Source: Planctomycetota bacterium
GTDB taxonomy: Bacteria; Planctomycetota; Brocadiia; JAADGH01
Direction of reading: 5' to 3'
NCBI GenBank assembly: GCA_040755855.1
Contig: JBFMAD010000007.1
Coordinates: 64,001 to 128,000, forward strand
Length of the DNA: 64,000 nt
Of the stretch, positions 7,567-17,908 are shown piece by piece. A model generated the notes under the pieces. That model was not told where the DNA came from. It made no database searches and worked only from the letters and a program-made list of their open reading frames with translations. Every line of letters starts with the position of its first letter. Within the stretch, counting starts at the first letter, position 1. The translations under genes and the position numbers were made by a program.

Positions 7567-9507
7567 ATGAAAATGCGCTGCTGGGATAATCCCATTCTCA
7601 AGGTAGACTTGACATCGGGCAAGGTCAGCAAGCAATTCGTTGATGAAGACACTCGAAAAAAATTCCTGACAGGAAGAGGATTGGCGGACTGGCTGCTCTA
7701 TAGGCACGTGGACCCCGGCAAGACCGATCCTCTAAGCCCCGATAACGTGATCGTATTCTCCAGCGGCATGCTGGTTGGGACTCCTTTCCCCGGCGCGGTG
7801 AGAAACTCAGTGGTCTCTCTGAATGTGCTGACGAAGGGGTATGGAGAGTCAAGCAGCGCGGGGTATTTTGCATTCAGGCTCAAGGAAGCGGGTTATGATG
7901 GCATTCTGATCTGTGGAAGATCTCCCAGGTTGTCTTACCTATGGATAGCAGATGATCACGTTGAGGTAAGAGACGCCTCCGATCTGTATGGCGCAACTAC
8001 ATTTGAGACGGACCTGGCCATCAAGGAGGAACTGAAGGCGGAAAACATAAGCACATGCACGATCGGTCCGGCGGGCGAAAAGATGGTGCGCTACGCATTA
8101 GTGAATTGCGACAATCGCTATCTGGGACGATGCGGCATGGGCGCGGTGATGGGGTCGAAGAATCTCAAGGTCGTTGCCGTAAAGGGGACAGGTTCCGTCG
8201 AGGTGGCTCGTAAGGAAAGGTTCGCCGAGATTGAGTCCGGGCTGCAGGACTTGATTCGGAAGGACCCCAACATCCAGCGCAGGGCGGAAAGGGGAAGTCT
8301 GGCAGGCGGAGCGGTTGGCTATAATCAGGCGGGCCTGTTGCCGGTGAAGAATTTCCAGGAAGTGGATTTTGACGGGGCGGCTTTGACCGGCTATGAACAC
8401 GTCAAGAAGTACTGCAAGGATATCATCTACTGCCCGACCCGCTGCCCGATTTTGTGTGACAGGCTTGTTGAGATCAGCGACGGCGATCCATACAGCGGTA
8501 CCAAAGTCAGCTCCATGCAGGCCACGCCCGCATACAATACCACCAAGCTTCTCATCGAGGACATGCCGACGACCATCAAGGCATTTGAGATGTGCAACGC
8601 CTATGGCATTGACATCCATTCCTGGACCTGTGTGCTGGGGTGGGCTATAGAATGTTTCGAGCGAAAAATACTTACCCGCGAGGATACCGACAGCCTTGAG
8701 CTTCGATGGGGCGATGGACCTCTGGCTTTGGAATCCATCCGAAGAATTGCATATCGGGAAGGTAAATTCGGCGACCTGCTCGCCGAAGGGGTTGCCATCG
8801 CCTCGCGGAAAACAGGCCGAGGGTCCGAGAAGTACGCGATGCAGATCAAGGGCATGGAGCTGGATGATGAACTACGGGTGGACAAAGGAATGACGTTGGC
8901 GATCTTGGTTGAGACAAGGGGAGCCGGTCATACCTTGGCCACTCCCGGCGGGACAGGCAAGATGTCCACCGAGAGACTCAGGGAACTGTTTGGAAGTGAA
9001 AATGCAGCCAAGCCTCACAGCTACGACGGCAAACCTGAAAGGGTTGCGTTGGCGGAACGTTACAAGGCGATACTGGATTGTCTGGGAATATGTTTCTTCT
9101 CGGGGGCAGTCCAGAGCTGCCTGCAACAATATCTGTTCCCCGGCCATGAAGGAGGGCGAGATCTGACGGCGTGCGCGGAGCTGATCAGCGCGGCTACGGG
9201 TTGGGATGTCTCCGAAGAAGAACTGACCAGGATAGCAGAACGAATTTTGGCCGTTGAGAAGTCCCTCAATATCCTGGCGGGACTTGAGAGGAAGGATGAA
9301 ATTCCTCCGGACCGATTCTTTGAACCGATTCCCGCAGGCCGAAGCAAGGGCATGGCGCTTGACAGAGAAAAGACCAACCAGATGCTTAGAAAACACAGTG
9401 AATTGCATGGATGGGATCCAGAAACCGGCGTGCCAACGAAAGAGACTCTTGCAGACCTGGGACTGAAAGAGGTCGCGGAGCGGTTGGAGGCGGCGGGGAA
9501 ATGCTAA
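7567..9507 (+). CDS. aldehyde:ferredoxin oxidoreductase family protein (W/Mo-bis-pterin, 4Fe-4S)
   Basis: ILKVDLT N-terminus, AGYDGILICGRS, IGPAGE, GRCGMGAVMGSKNLK, C-x3-C-x3-C, LAEGV, TRGAGH, DCLGIC, GWDPETGVPT. Confidence 0.92.
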   Translation: MKMRCWDNPILKVDLTSGKVSKQFVDEDTRKKFLTGRGLADWLLYRHVDPGKTDPLSPDNVIVFSSGMLVGTPFPGAVRNSVVSLNVLTKGYGESSSAGYFAFRLKEAGYDGILICGRSPRLSYLWIADDHVEVRDASDLYGATTFETDLAIKEELKAENISTCTIGPAGEKMVRYALVNCDNRYLGRCGMGAVMGSKNLKVVAVKGTGSVEVARKERFAEIESGLQDLIRKDPNIQRRAERGSLAGGAVGYNQAGLLPVKNFQEVDFDGAALTGYEHVKKYCKDIIYCPTRCPILCDRLVEISDGDPYSGTKVSSMQATPAYNTTKLLIEDMPTTIKAFEMCNAYGIDIHSWTCVLGWAIECFERKILTREDTDSLELRWGDGPLALESIRRIAYREGKFGDLLAEGVAIASRKTGRGSEKYAMQIKGMELDDELRVDKGMTLAILVETRGAGHTLATPGGTGKMSTERLRELFGSENAAKPHSYDGKPERVALAERYKAILDCLGICFFSGAVQSCLQQYLFPGHEGGRDLTACAELISAATGWDVSEEELTRIAERILAVEKSLNILAGLERKDEIPPDRFFEPIPAGRSKGMALDREKTNQMLRKHSELHGWDPETGVPTKETLADLGLKEVAERLEAAGKC

Positions 9508-9554
9508 TCAACAGTGTCCTGTAGACATCATTCAGGCATGTTGGAGGAATACAG

Positions 9555-12500
9555 ATGCCCGAGAAGTGGCTGTGCTTGCTGCTTTTTCCTTTTTGCATCC
9601 ATGCAGCGGAGCCAGGGATTCATCGGCCCAAGGTCCAGGATGACCCGCTACTCCTCTTCTACGCCTCCTTCGATGAGGGCATAGATCGCGCGGATCAGGC
9701 GGCAGGCGATCCCGAGTTTGTGCCCGGTGTGTATGACCGCAGCCCGCTCTGGAAGCTGAAAGGTATGCAAGACTGGCAGAGATCGAAGGATTACAAGAAC
9801 TATCGCGCCGTGCAGAAGAAGGAGGGTAAGAGCGGCACATGTGTCTCAATCAATCTGGGGCAAGGTCATCGGTTCCGAAGTTTGGGAAACTCTAATGTCC
9901 GCAGAGGGACCATGTCATTCTGGTTCAAACTCGGCCGTCCTCTGGGCACGTCGCACTTGCCGATCCTGGAACTCGACGGTCCGGGGGTGTCGTGCCGGGG
10001 GCGGAACAAACGGCTGTGCGGGTATGTCGTAGGCCGAACCTACGGCGCCCCGGCAGATGCCTGCACGCAGGATGAGTGGCATCATATGGCCATCGCGTAC
10101 GACTGTTGCCTCGGATACAAGGTGTACCTTGACGGCAAGCTCGCGGAGAGGCCGCATTGGGACCCGAAGGCAGACAGTTGGCAAACCGATGCTTTATTCG
10201 CCGACCTACTGTCGCTGGGGTGTTCTGCCTATCAAGGCTCCACCGGTCCGTTGGATATTGATGAAGTAAGGATCTTTTCGCGGCCGCTTTGCGAGCGGGC
10301 CATCGAATGTCTCGCATCCATGGCAAACCTGCCGTATGACAATGTAACAGAACCAGCGCCGAGTGAGGAGGTATTCAGGAAGCATCGTTTGGCGGAGTTA
10401 GGATGGGATCAGGAGGACGAACTACTTGCCTGCCGCGCGGGTAACACAACGCCTTTAGTCATTCGTCAGATTGGAGTCGAAAGCGCCCTCGGAGTGAAAC
10501 GATGGACCTACGGTCCCGTGGACGGGATTCCCTCGACGCGCTGGCCGTCGGGCTACCAAGGCTACCGCATACCGGGCGAGGGCCTTCACCTTCGTCTCGA
10601 AAAGGGCGCGAGCGTTGACTATATGACGCTGCATGGCAACTTCGACGGCCTGATGTATGCGGGCGATGCCATAGATCAGCCGCCGTCGGATGCCGCCCTG
10701 CTCCAGATCAAGAGTCCAGGGAGACGGGTTCGGAAACGTTTTGGAAAACCGATTCAGGCGGAGAAGGTGAGCTTCTTCCGATCTCCCTTCGAGATGAACA
10801 CAAAGCAGGACAACCTGGGCCGCACGTCTGCCATGCCAGACAACTATATCTATGAACTGTCCTTCTATCGCTTGGGAGGATCGGTGGAAGCGGGAGAGGC
10901 GCGTGTCTTCCATCTGTCTTCCTCCCCGCATGCGCCTGAGACGAAGTGGGTCCTGTGGGCGCTCCAATCGCACTATGAGCCGGCGGATCGGGTTGCGCTC
11001 GCGTTGAATCCTGATCCACCGGCGGGCGCGGGGGGCGTTCGACTGAAGGCGCTGCGACATGCCCACTTCTTCATCCCGCCGCAGAAGCAGGATGTCCCGA
11101 TGACCGGTCTGCGCTTTCACTTTCTGGCGAATGATTTGAAACAGGACTCTCGGCTGCATGTGCAGGTGCACAACCCGGTGGATATCACGCGGAATCTGCT
11201 GGACTTCGATCTCCGCCTTGCTGTGGGGGAGAAGGATGCCGATGGAATCATGCGTTTTGATGTGACTATTGACACGCAGGATTTCCTCCTGCCTGCCGGC
11301 GAGCCGGTCTGGATCACGCTGACCCCTGAGAGGGACCTGGACCTCGTCTGGAATGGCACATCGGATGCAACACAGGTGGCAATATTGACCGGCCCGAAAG
11401 ATCACGTTATAGCGGAACATAATCGGAACATGCTGAACTATGCGAAGGACCGTTTCATTCATGTGAGCGAGCCGAGGCCGTGGGGGCATGTACCCATGGA
11501 CGTGCTGGCCGAGCGTCTGGAGCCGTTCCGGCAGTTGCACTTTGCCCTATGCGACCTGAGAAAGAATGCGCCGGAAGATGAGAAGCTGCGTGGTCTCTGG
11601 ACCTGGACCCATCCGACGGAGAACCCCGACATGAGCTGGGTCAAGCCCCCGCCGCTCGACGGCGCGCCGGAATGGGCGGTCTATACGAAGGAGGCCATGA
11701 AGAAGTATCGCGCCTTCATCCTGTGGTGGATTGACAACCGACAGATACCGAGCGGGCTTTTCGGGTCGGGACACGGAGATGATACGGACCTTGTGCAGGA
11801 CTGGCTAAGTGTCGGCATGATCTGTGACCCAGACGGGAAGATTCGCGAATCCGTTCGCCGCCTCGCCGACTACTGCTGGAACGAGGGGCCGCTTACCCGC
11901 GGCATCAACACCGTCTTCACGGATACGCTTCACTGCTATGAGGAGGGCGTGAACGTCCTTCCTCATGTGGCGCACCTCTATTACGGCAACCCCGTGTATC
12001 TCGAACATCTGATGGAGAGTACGCGGACGACGCGCGACGAGCTGACCTACCTCACGAAGGACGGAAGGCGCTTTTTCAAATCGTGCTGGTATGGTGCGAC
12101 CTACATCGAAACCGAGCATCAGTACGGGCGCGACTTCCCGGGCAATACGCTCATGCTCCATCCCGCGCTCTATCTGATGTACTACTCGCGCAACGAGGGG
12201 GCCGTCAAGCTGCTGAAGGAATGGGGCGGGAACTGGGCCGGGATACAGGAGGAAGCCTACAAGAAGCAGGGCCTCAAGGCGGACTATCCCTTCCAGGCCC
12301 AGTACCCCACGGGCAAAATTGTCAAGACCGTGGACCGCTATATCAGCGGCTACGGTTACCTCGATCTGTGCCTGGGTATGTACGCCTTGACCCAAGAGGA
12401 GAAGTACTTTATTCCCATTCGCACCTGGATTGACAACGGGGACCTGAACAACTCATTTGTGCCCGACCTGTTCGGCCTGAGAGATATGAAGGAGTACGAG

Positions 12501-13421
12501 CCTCAGCTTCGGAAGGCTGTGGCGGAAATGACATGGGACGATCTCCGTCCGCAAATGGGCGATGACGGCCGCGACACCTACTCCTATCTTGCATGGGAAA
12601 TGACCGGGGATAAGAGGTATGTGGAGCGAGCGGTGAAGGAGGCGTGGAAGCGGATCACGGTCCTCTTCCCAATGCACACCTGGGCGGAACAGTCGGCGGA
12701 CCGTGTAGCAGTGTCGAAGACGCTGGTAGATCGCCTGTATCTTGGCGGCACGCCTGGCAAGCGGAACAAGCTCTGGCCTACACATACGGTCGGGTGGAAG
12801 GGATTCAGCGAGGAGTTCGCCGCGTGGGTGCTCAAGACATCGCCGGACACGCTACGAGTATGGATCTACAACTTTGAATCCAGACCGCAGTCCGGTGAGA
12901 TTCGTCCCTGGGGGCTGACCGATGGCAATTACAGCGTCCAATTGGGTTTCGATGAGAACTCGGACGAGAAGAGCGATCAGCAGATTTGGGAAAAGACAAT
13001 GACTCTTTCACGAAACACGCCGATCCCCATCGTGCTGCCGCCACGGCGGCTCGTGGTTCTTGAGGCAAATCAGGTCCGCCCGGGCGCATCTATCTTTGAT
13101 CTCCCCGATCTGGCCGTGGTCACCACCGATATGACACACAATGCAAAAGCCGGGAAATTGGCCTTTGTGATCCACAACGTGGGCAGCGCCGCGGCTCAGG
13201 ACATTGACGTGATTGTTGAAGTGGATGGCCGACAGGCGGCCAGCCACCGGATACGGAGACTCGATGCCCCGGCCGATCTCATGGCGAGAATCGTCAAGTT
13301 CGAGCAGACAATTTCCCCCGGTGCGAAGAAGATCGTCATCGCCGCGGACCCGCAGAATGCAATTTCTGAGATTTGCGAGGAAAACAATCAGGCCGTTTGG
13401 GGCGGGGTGGATGGCCAATGA
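9555..13421 (+). CDS. large secreted protein: LamG-like N-domain, helical catalytic-like core, C-terminal CARDB/Ig-like domain
   Basis: SD GGAGG, signal peptide, GTMSFWFK...WHHMAIAYD...YLDG...IDEVRIF (LamG) and PDLAV...HNVG...ADPQNAISEICEENN (CARDB). Confidence 0.8.
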   Translation: MPEKWLCLLLFPFCIHAAEPGIHRPKVQDDPLLLFYASFDEGIDRADQAAGDPEFVPGVYDRSPLWKLKGMQDWQRSKDYKNYRAVQKKEGKSGTCVSINLGQGHRFRSLGNSNVRRGTMSFWFKLGRPLGTSHLPILELDGPGVSCRGRNKRLCGYVVGRTYGAPADACTQDEWHHMAIAYDCCLGYKVYLDGKLAERPHWDPKADSWQTDALFADLLSLGCSAYQGSTGPLDIDEVRIFSRPLCERAIECLASMANLPYDNVTEPAPSEEVFRKHRLAELGWDQEDELLACRAGNTTPLVIRQIGVESALGVKRWTYGPVDGIPSTRWPSGYQGYRIPGEGLHLRLEKGASVDYMTLHGNFDGLMYAGDAIDQPPSDAALLQIKSPGRRVRKRFGKPIQAEKVSFFRSPFEMNTKQDNLGRTSAMPDNYIYELSFYRLGGSVEAGEARVFHLSSSPHAPETKWVLWALQSHYEPADRVALALNPDPPAGAGGVRLKALRHAHFFIPPQKQDVPMTGLRFHFLANDLKQDSRLHVQVHNPVDITRNLLDFDLRLAVGEKDADGIMRFDVTIDTQDFLLPAGEPVWITLTPERDLDLVWNGTSDATQVAILTGPKDHVIAEHNRNMLNYAKDRFIHVSEPRPWGHVPMDVLAERLEPFRQLHFALCDLRKNAPEDEKLRGLWTWTHPTENPDMSWVKPPPLDGAPEWAVYTKEAMKKYRAFILWWIDNRQIPSGLFGSGHGDDTDLVQDWLSVGMICDPDGKIRESVRRLADYCWNEGPLTRGINTVFTDTLHCYEEGVNVLPHVAHLYYGNPVYLEHLMESTRTTRDELTYLTKDGRRFFKSCWYGATYIETEHQYGRDFPGNTLMLHPALYLMYYSRNEGAVKLLKEWGGNWAGIQEEAYKKQGLKADYPFQAQYPTGKIVKTVDRYISGYGYLDLCLGMYALTQEEKYFIPIRTWIDNGDLNNSFVPDLFGLRDMKEYEPQLRKAVAEMTWDDLRPQMGDDGRDTYSYLAWEMTGDKRYVERAVKEAWKRITVLFPMHTWAEQSADRVAVSKTLVDRLYLGGTPGKRNKLWPTHTVGWKGFSEEFAAWVLKTSPDTLRVWIYNFESRPQSGEIRPWGLTDGNYSVQLGFDENSDEKSDQQIWEKTMTLSRNTPIPIVLPPRRLVVLEANQVRPGASIFDLPDLAVVTTDMTHNAKAGKLAFVIHNVGSAAAQDIDVIVEVDGRQAASHRIRRLDAPADLMARIVKFEQTISPGAKKIVIAADPQNAISEICEENNQAVWGGVDGQ

Positions 13422-13563
13422 GATCGAAGAAATCACCGATCATTAGTCTCTATCTCGGGCAAGATCATTCTCCTGAAACCCGCAAAGGTAAGACTGTCCG
13501 CTCTGGGCGAACGCCAGCAACACCGATTGAAAGAATCATCGCAAACTCAAGTCCACAACCATC

Positions 13564-16500
13564 CTAATCATCCTTCGCTCCTGGGGCGAGTTTCAGCAGG
13601 AGCAGTCGGCCTTCGTCGGTCGCGGCGCCCACCGTCCGATCCTTTGGGTCGGCGACGGTCAATTTTGTATAGCGTCCGGGCTGCTTGCCGCGCAACACCC
13701 AATCCGCGCCATAGACGCACAACCCATCCTCGGCGGCGAGGAGGTAAATTGTGTCCGCACCCGCGCCGATTGCCGCCATATCCAGGACTTCCACTCCGAT
13801 CAAGCGGTTCTCCATCCACTTGCCGTCTGCCGATAAAACGCTTACGAACCCGTCGCGACCAGCCACAAAAAACTCGTCCCTGCCATCCCCGCTGACATCG
13901 TGCAGCAAACCGGCGGAGAGCGGTCTCCCTCCCCTGAACTCCCAAACGGTATCTGCGCCGCTTCGCTCCTGTTTCGGGAAATTCTTTGCGATGTCATACA
14001 ACCCGAAGCCAACCGGCGTAATCACACCGGCCAAGGCCCCCTTGCCTTGAATGCGCTTGACCGTATAAGGCAGATTGTCGGGGATGCTCGTGTTGCGATG
14101 CTCCGCAATCAACCCCTTGGCATTCCCTACAATCGCATGAATGACCCCGAATGCGCCATACTTCATGGAGCACATGAGCTTGTCCTTCAGCCCGTCCCCA
14201 TTCAAGTCCACGCTATCCGGCGCGAAAGTGCGCTGAAACATGGAGAACCCGGGGTAGTACTGTTGCAGGATAGTTCCCCTTTCGTCCAGCACAAAGAGTT
14301 GGCATTCGTAACTGCCCACGAGGACCCGGCGTATCCTGTTTCCTAAGTCCCAGAACCCCACGCCGAATGGCGTTGATCCGTCGCTGATGCCGAATCTCTT
14401 TTGGCTGCGTTCCATCAGGTTGTCAAAGTCCGTTTTCCAGAGCAGCTCGCCGGCGGCAGAAAACGCATATACGTTCAGATCGTAGCAACTGCAAACAACC
14501 TCCTTCTGGCCGTCGCCGTCGAGGTCGCCGAAATCCAGCCCGGAGATTTCCGCGACGAATTGCTTCTGCCATCTCATTTTTCCATCCCATCCTATAACCG
14601 AAAGCACGCCATCGCTCGCGTTCACGATCCATTCTGTTTGACCATCGTTGTCAAGATCCGCCGCTTTCAGGTGACCGACCGCGCACGCCCCTCTCCGGTC
14701 TGCTCCGGATCTCCCATCGGATTCTACGAAGACCTCGACCTCGTGGAGCGCAACTCGCATGTTCGGATCGTTCCCAGCGGGCGGAATGGTCAGGCGCACC
14801 CCCGATGCCTTCACGCCAGATCCAAGAATGCGAAGGAACTTCTGCGGCGTCACCTTTCCCTTATAGGTGGGATCAATGCGGTACTCCGACTTGACCGTTC
14901 GCTTTTCCGCGCGCAGGTCCTTACGAAACCTGTCGCTGCTCCACGTGATCCGAACCTCTCTTGACTCGCTCATCTCCCGGGCGGTGGTCAAGGCGCCCAA
15001 TGCGTTGAGGTGCAGCCGAATCTCCCGCAGGCCCTCCACCTTCGGCCAGGTCAGTTCCACAGTTGCAGGGACACGTTCGTTCCAATGCACGCCGCCCGCT
15101 CTGGCAGGGATGATATTGTCCAGCGCCAAAGCAGTTCTCCCTTCGAACTGCCCCGGCGGCGAGCAGCGCATTCCGATGCCTGTCAGATGGTATCCATCAA
15201 AGCCGATCTCTGAGTTCTCCCATACCAAAACAAACGGGTTACGAACGGCTTGCGGGGCCGCCTCCTGGGGGACGCTTGCAGGGACATCTTTGACCTCCTT
15301 CATCGCAACCGCAAGTCTGTGGCTTATTGCCCGAGCCTCTTCCTCCTTCAGCAAAGGCACGGAAGCCCTTTCGGGAAGTCTCCAGGTATAGGAAGCGGTC
15401 CTCAACTGCTGTGCATCCCACCCGGAGAGCATCGCCCCCGTTTTCAGGTCTATCCGGCCCGTTACCGGTTCGGGACGATCCAGGACTGTCCTGCCGTCAA
15501 CGCTCAGATTGCGGACCCCCGCCACATGGATAGACGAACCATCGGCGATGTATATGCCCCGGTCGGCCTTGATTCCGCAGGGCTCGCGTCCGTCCCCGCC
15601 CACGCCGAGCAACACATCGTCCCCGTTTTCGGAGCGGACGAGCACCGCTGAATCGTTGATGCGTATCGGCGTATAAGCAAGCGGGCTGTTATCCTCGGTA
15701 GTGGTCAGGAGATTTTGGAAATCGAGGATGTCCCCCTCTTTGAATGCGCCAAATTTCCTCTGACGGAGGAAGAAAGGGTTCTCATAGATGTCCGGCGGCC
15801 CGCCGGTGGGTCGCTCAAACCTTGTGGTCGCCGCCACGGGGGCGCCCGCGACCAGGTAGAATCGCTTGCCTTCCTGCTCGGTTACAAGGATGCGATCCTC
15901 CTTCCATGTGCCGCTGAATGGCATGCGCCAGACCGATTGCGCCGAGTAGAAGCCGGGCTTCCGGGTCGTAGCCCGGTCGAGGACAACGAACCAGTTCCCT
16001 CGACTCCAGAAGATCACACGCTGCCAGTCCGCGCCGAAGTAATCGCACAAGGTCGTGCTGCTCATGGCATACGTCTCGAAGCGCCCGGCGGCATCCATCC
16101 GGCACGCCCCTTGAAGCGGCGCTTTATTCCTTCCATCGCTGAGGAACAATGCATTCCGGTAATAGTGGCCGATCTGGCTGCTGTTGTGGGCCAGCCAGAC
16201 TTGCCCCTTGTCGGTGTAGCGCGGGATTGTGTTGGCATCCAGGTACTCCGGCTGCACCCCCTGGAGCATGAAGTAAGCGTCCTTCGCATCGAACCCGTTT
16301 CGGAAGCATGCCTTGTCAAAGCACTGCTCCTCCGGGGGCATCGCGCGCTCAGCGCCCAGCTTCTTGTGCCGCCGCACACCCAATGGAATGATGCTGAAGC
16401 CGCTGAGGTACTCCGGGGGCTTCTCCTTCGCGCCTGGGTCAATGGAAAAACTACCTGTCCGGAAGGGGGAGTCCCCTTGCCCATAGAGCAGGAGCGAACG

Positions 16501-17877
16501 GTTCGGCAGATGGAGCACCAGCCATATCATCTCCGGGTCCTCATACAGGAAGGCCGAGATTTGTGTATGGAAGAGAGGGCTGAGGCCACTGTGCATCGAG
16601 CCGATCCGCGCTGCGCCGTAGGTGTCGAGGCCCGCGCCGTAGCCAAGCGAGTCGTTCAGGCTCACGGCGAAATGCAGGCCGACGCGGGCGTGGTTCGATG
16701 TGAAATAATCGTATTGCTGCGCCTGAGTACTCCACTTCATGAAGGCCGCAATCGAGCCCGTCCCGCCGCCGTCCGTGTCATCGCGGAACCCCTTGAACGC
16801 TCCCTGAAAGTACCCTGCCACACCCTTCTCCCATGTGTCGCAAAGCCGAACCAGCTCCGGGCTGTCTGCAAAGGTCCGCCGCAGATAGCGCGAAGCGACC
16901 CAGCGGGCGAGCATAGGCAAAGAGGTATGTGTGCTTCCCACGTGGGTCGCAACAGGTCCTCTGGGGGTTGAATCCGGGTCGTCGAGGGCCGTCTCCAGGA
17001 AATTACGCACGGTGGCCTGGCGCTCTTCCTCGGTAAAGACCGGCGATTCCTCCACCATATCCCATGCCCGGTACATGCCTTCCATGGTGTAGTGGGAGAT
17101 CGGATATTTCTGCTGAAATGTTGCGTTGAAGTACCGAACGATATAGCTGCGCGCAACCTCCGCCCAACGAGTGTCTCCGGTCCAGTAGTACCGGTTCGCG
17201 GGGAGCGTGAACGTCTCCACGCCGTATGGCTTCCTGACATCCGGCTCCGACCATCTCGGAAGCATCTCCGCCGTCTGCGCGAACATCGTCTGCACCTCTC
17301 CCCCGGGTTTCACATCGAGAAGGTACGGCAGGGCGGCGGTCCTATTCTTCGACTCGGGGAGCCGCCGCAGAAGCGCCTCCACTCCCGCCCTCATGCCGGC
17401 GGGAGTCGTCCCGCCCACAACGATGACATTCCGACCCGTGCCCCACGGGTTGGCCACCGTGCGCAATTCGTAGCCGTCGCCGCCCGGGTAAAAGCTATCT
17501 GAGCCGCATAGGTACTGGGCGTAGAGCGGAAACAGGACCCGGTTAGTGTACAGGTTCCCCACCGCGATGAAATTCTTCTCAAGGTATTCCTTCCCGACCG
17601 GCGCCAATCGTTCCTTGCACACCGAATGGTCGGAGACCTTGGCAAACGGCACCCCATACTTCTCTTGAAGTCCTTGGCAAAGCCTCTCTGCAACCTGCGC
17701 CGCGTCGGTGTCGGTTGCGGGAGACACGACGATGCAATTCGCCGCGCCATCCTTCACGATCTCCGTCTGCGGGTAGAACCGCGCAGGGCCGACCTTCGGC
17801 GCCTCCGCGGCGAACAGGGGGCAGATGCCGACAGCAAGAAACATCTCGACAAGCGCCCTGCGAGGAATCGCTATCAT
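13564..17877 (-). CDS. large secreted protein (1437 aa), helical/heparinase-like core with C-terminal FG-GAP beta-propeller
   Basis: Signal peptide and DxDxDG repeats (DLDNDGQTE, DLDGDGQKE, DLNGDGLKD, DVSGDGRDE). N-domain NPWGTGRNVIVVGG. Confidence 0.75.
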   Translation of the reverse strand: MIAIPRRALVEMFLAVGICPLFAAEAPKVGPARFYPQTEIVKDGAANCIVVSPATDTDAAQVAERLCQGLQEKYGVPFAKVSDHSVCKERLAPVGKEYLEKNFIAVGNLYTNRVLFPLYAQYLCGSDSFYPGGDGYELRTVANPWGTGRNVIVVGGTTPAGMRAGVEALLRRLPESKNRTAALPYLLDVKPGGEVQTMFAQTAEMLPRWSEPDVRKPYGVETFTLPANRYYWTGDTRWAEVARSYIVRYFNATFQQKYPISHYTMEGMYRAWDMVEESPVFTEEERQATVRNFLETALDDPDSTPRGPVATHVGSTHTSLPMLARWVASRYLRRTFADSPELVRLCDTWEKGVAGYFQGAFKGFRDDTDGGGTGSIAAFMKWSTQAQQYDYFTSNHARVGLHFAVSLNDSLGYGAGLDTYGAARIGSMHSGLSPLFHTQISAFLYEDPEMIWLVLHLPNRSLLLYGQGDSPFRTGSFSIDPGAKEKPPEYLSGFSIIPLGVRRHKKLGAERAMPPEEQCFDKACFRNGFDAKDAYFMLQGVQPEYLDANTIPRYTDKGQVWLAHNSSQIGHYYRNALFLSDGRNKAPLQGACRMDAAGRFETYAMSSTTLCDYFGADWQRVIFWSRGNWFVVLDRATTRKPGFYSAQSVWRMPFSGTWKEDRILVTEQEGKRFYLVAGAPVAATTRFERPTGGPPDIYENPFFLRQRKFGAFKEGDILDFQNLLTTTEDNSPLAYTPIRINDSAVLVRSENGDDVLLGVGGDGREPCGIKADRGIYIADGSSIHVAGVRNLSVDGRTVLDRPEPVTGRIDLKTGAMLSGWDAQQLRTASYTWRLPERASVPLLKEEEARAISHRLAVAMKEVKDVPASVPQEAAPQAVRNPFVLVWENSEIGFDGYHLTGIGMRCSPPGQFEGRTALALDNIIPARAGGVHWNERVPATVELTWPKVEGLREIRLHLNALGALTTAREMSESREVRITWSSDRFRKDLRAEKRTVKSEYRIDPTYKGKVTPQKFLRILGSGVKASGVRLTIPPAGNDPNMRVALHEVEVFVESDGRSGADRRGACAVGHLKAADLDNDGQTEWIVNASDGVLSVIGWDGKMRWQKQFVAEISGLDFGDLDGDGQKEVVCSCYDLNVYAFSAAGELLWKTDFDNLMERSQKRFGISDGSTPFGVGFWDLGNRIRRVLVGSYECQLFVLDERGTILQQYYPGFSMFQRTFAPDSVDLNGDGLKDKLMCSMKYGAFGVIHAIVGNAKGLIAEHRNTSIPDNLPYTVKRIQGKGALAGVITPVGFGLYDIAKNFPKQERSGADTVWEFRGGRPLSAGLLHDVSGDGRDEFFVAGRDGFVSVLSADGKWMENRLIGVEVLDMAAIGAGADTIYLLAAEDGLCVYGADWVLRGKQPGRYTKLTVADPKDRTVGAATDEGRLLLLKLAPGAKDD

Positions 17878-17908
17878 CCTACTCTCCGTGTCATTTCGTC
17901 CGTTGGGC

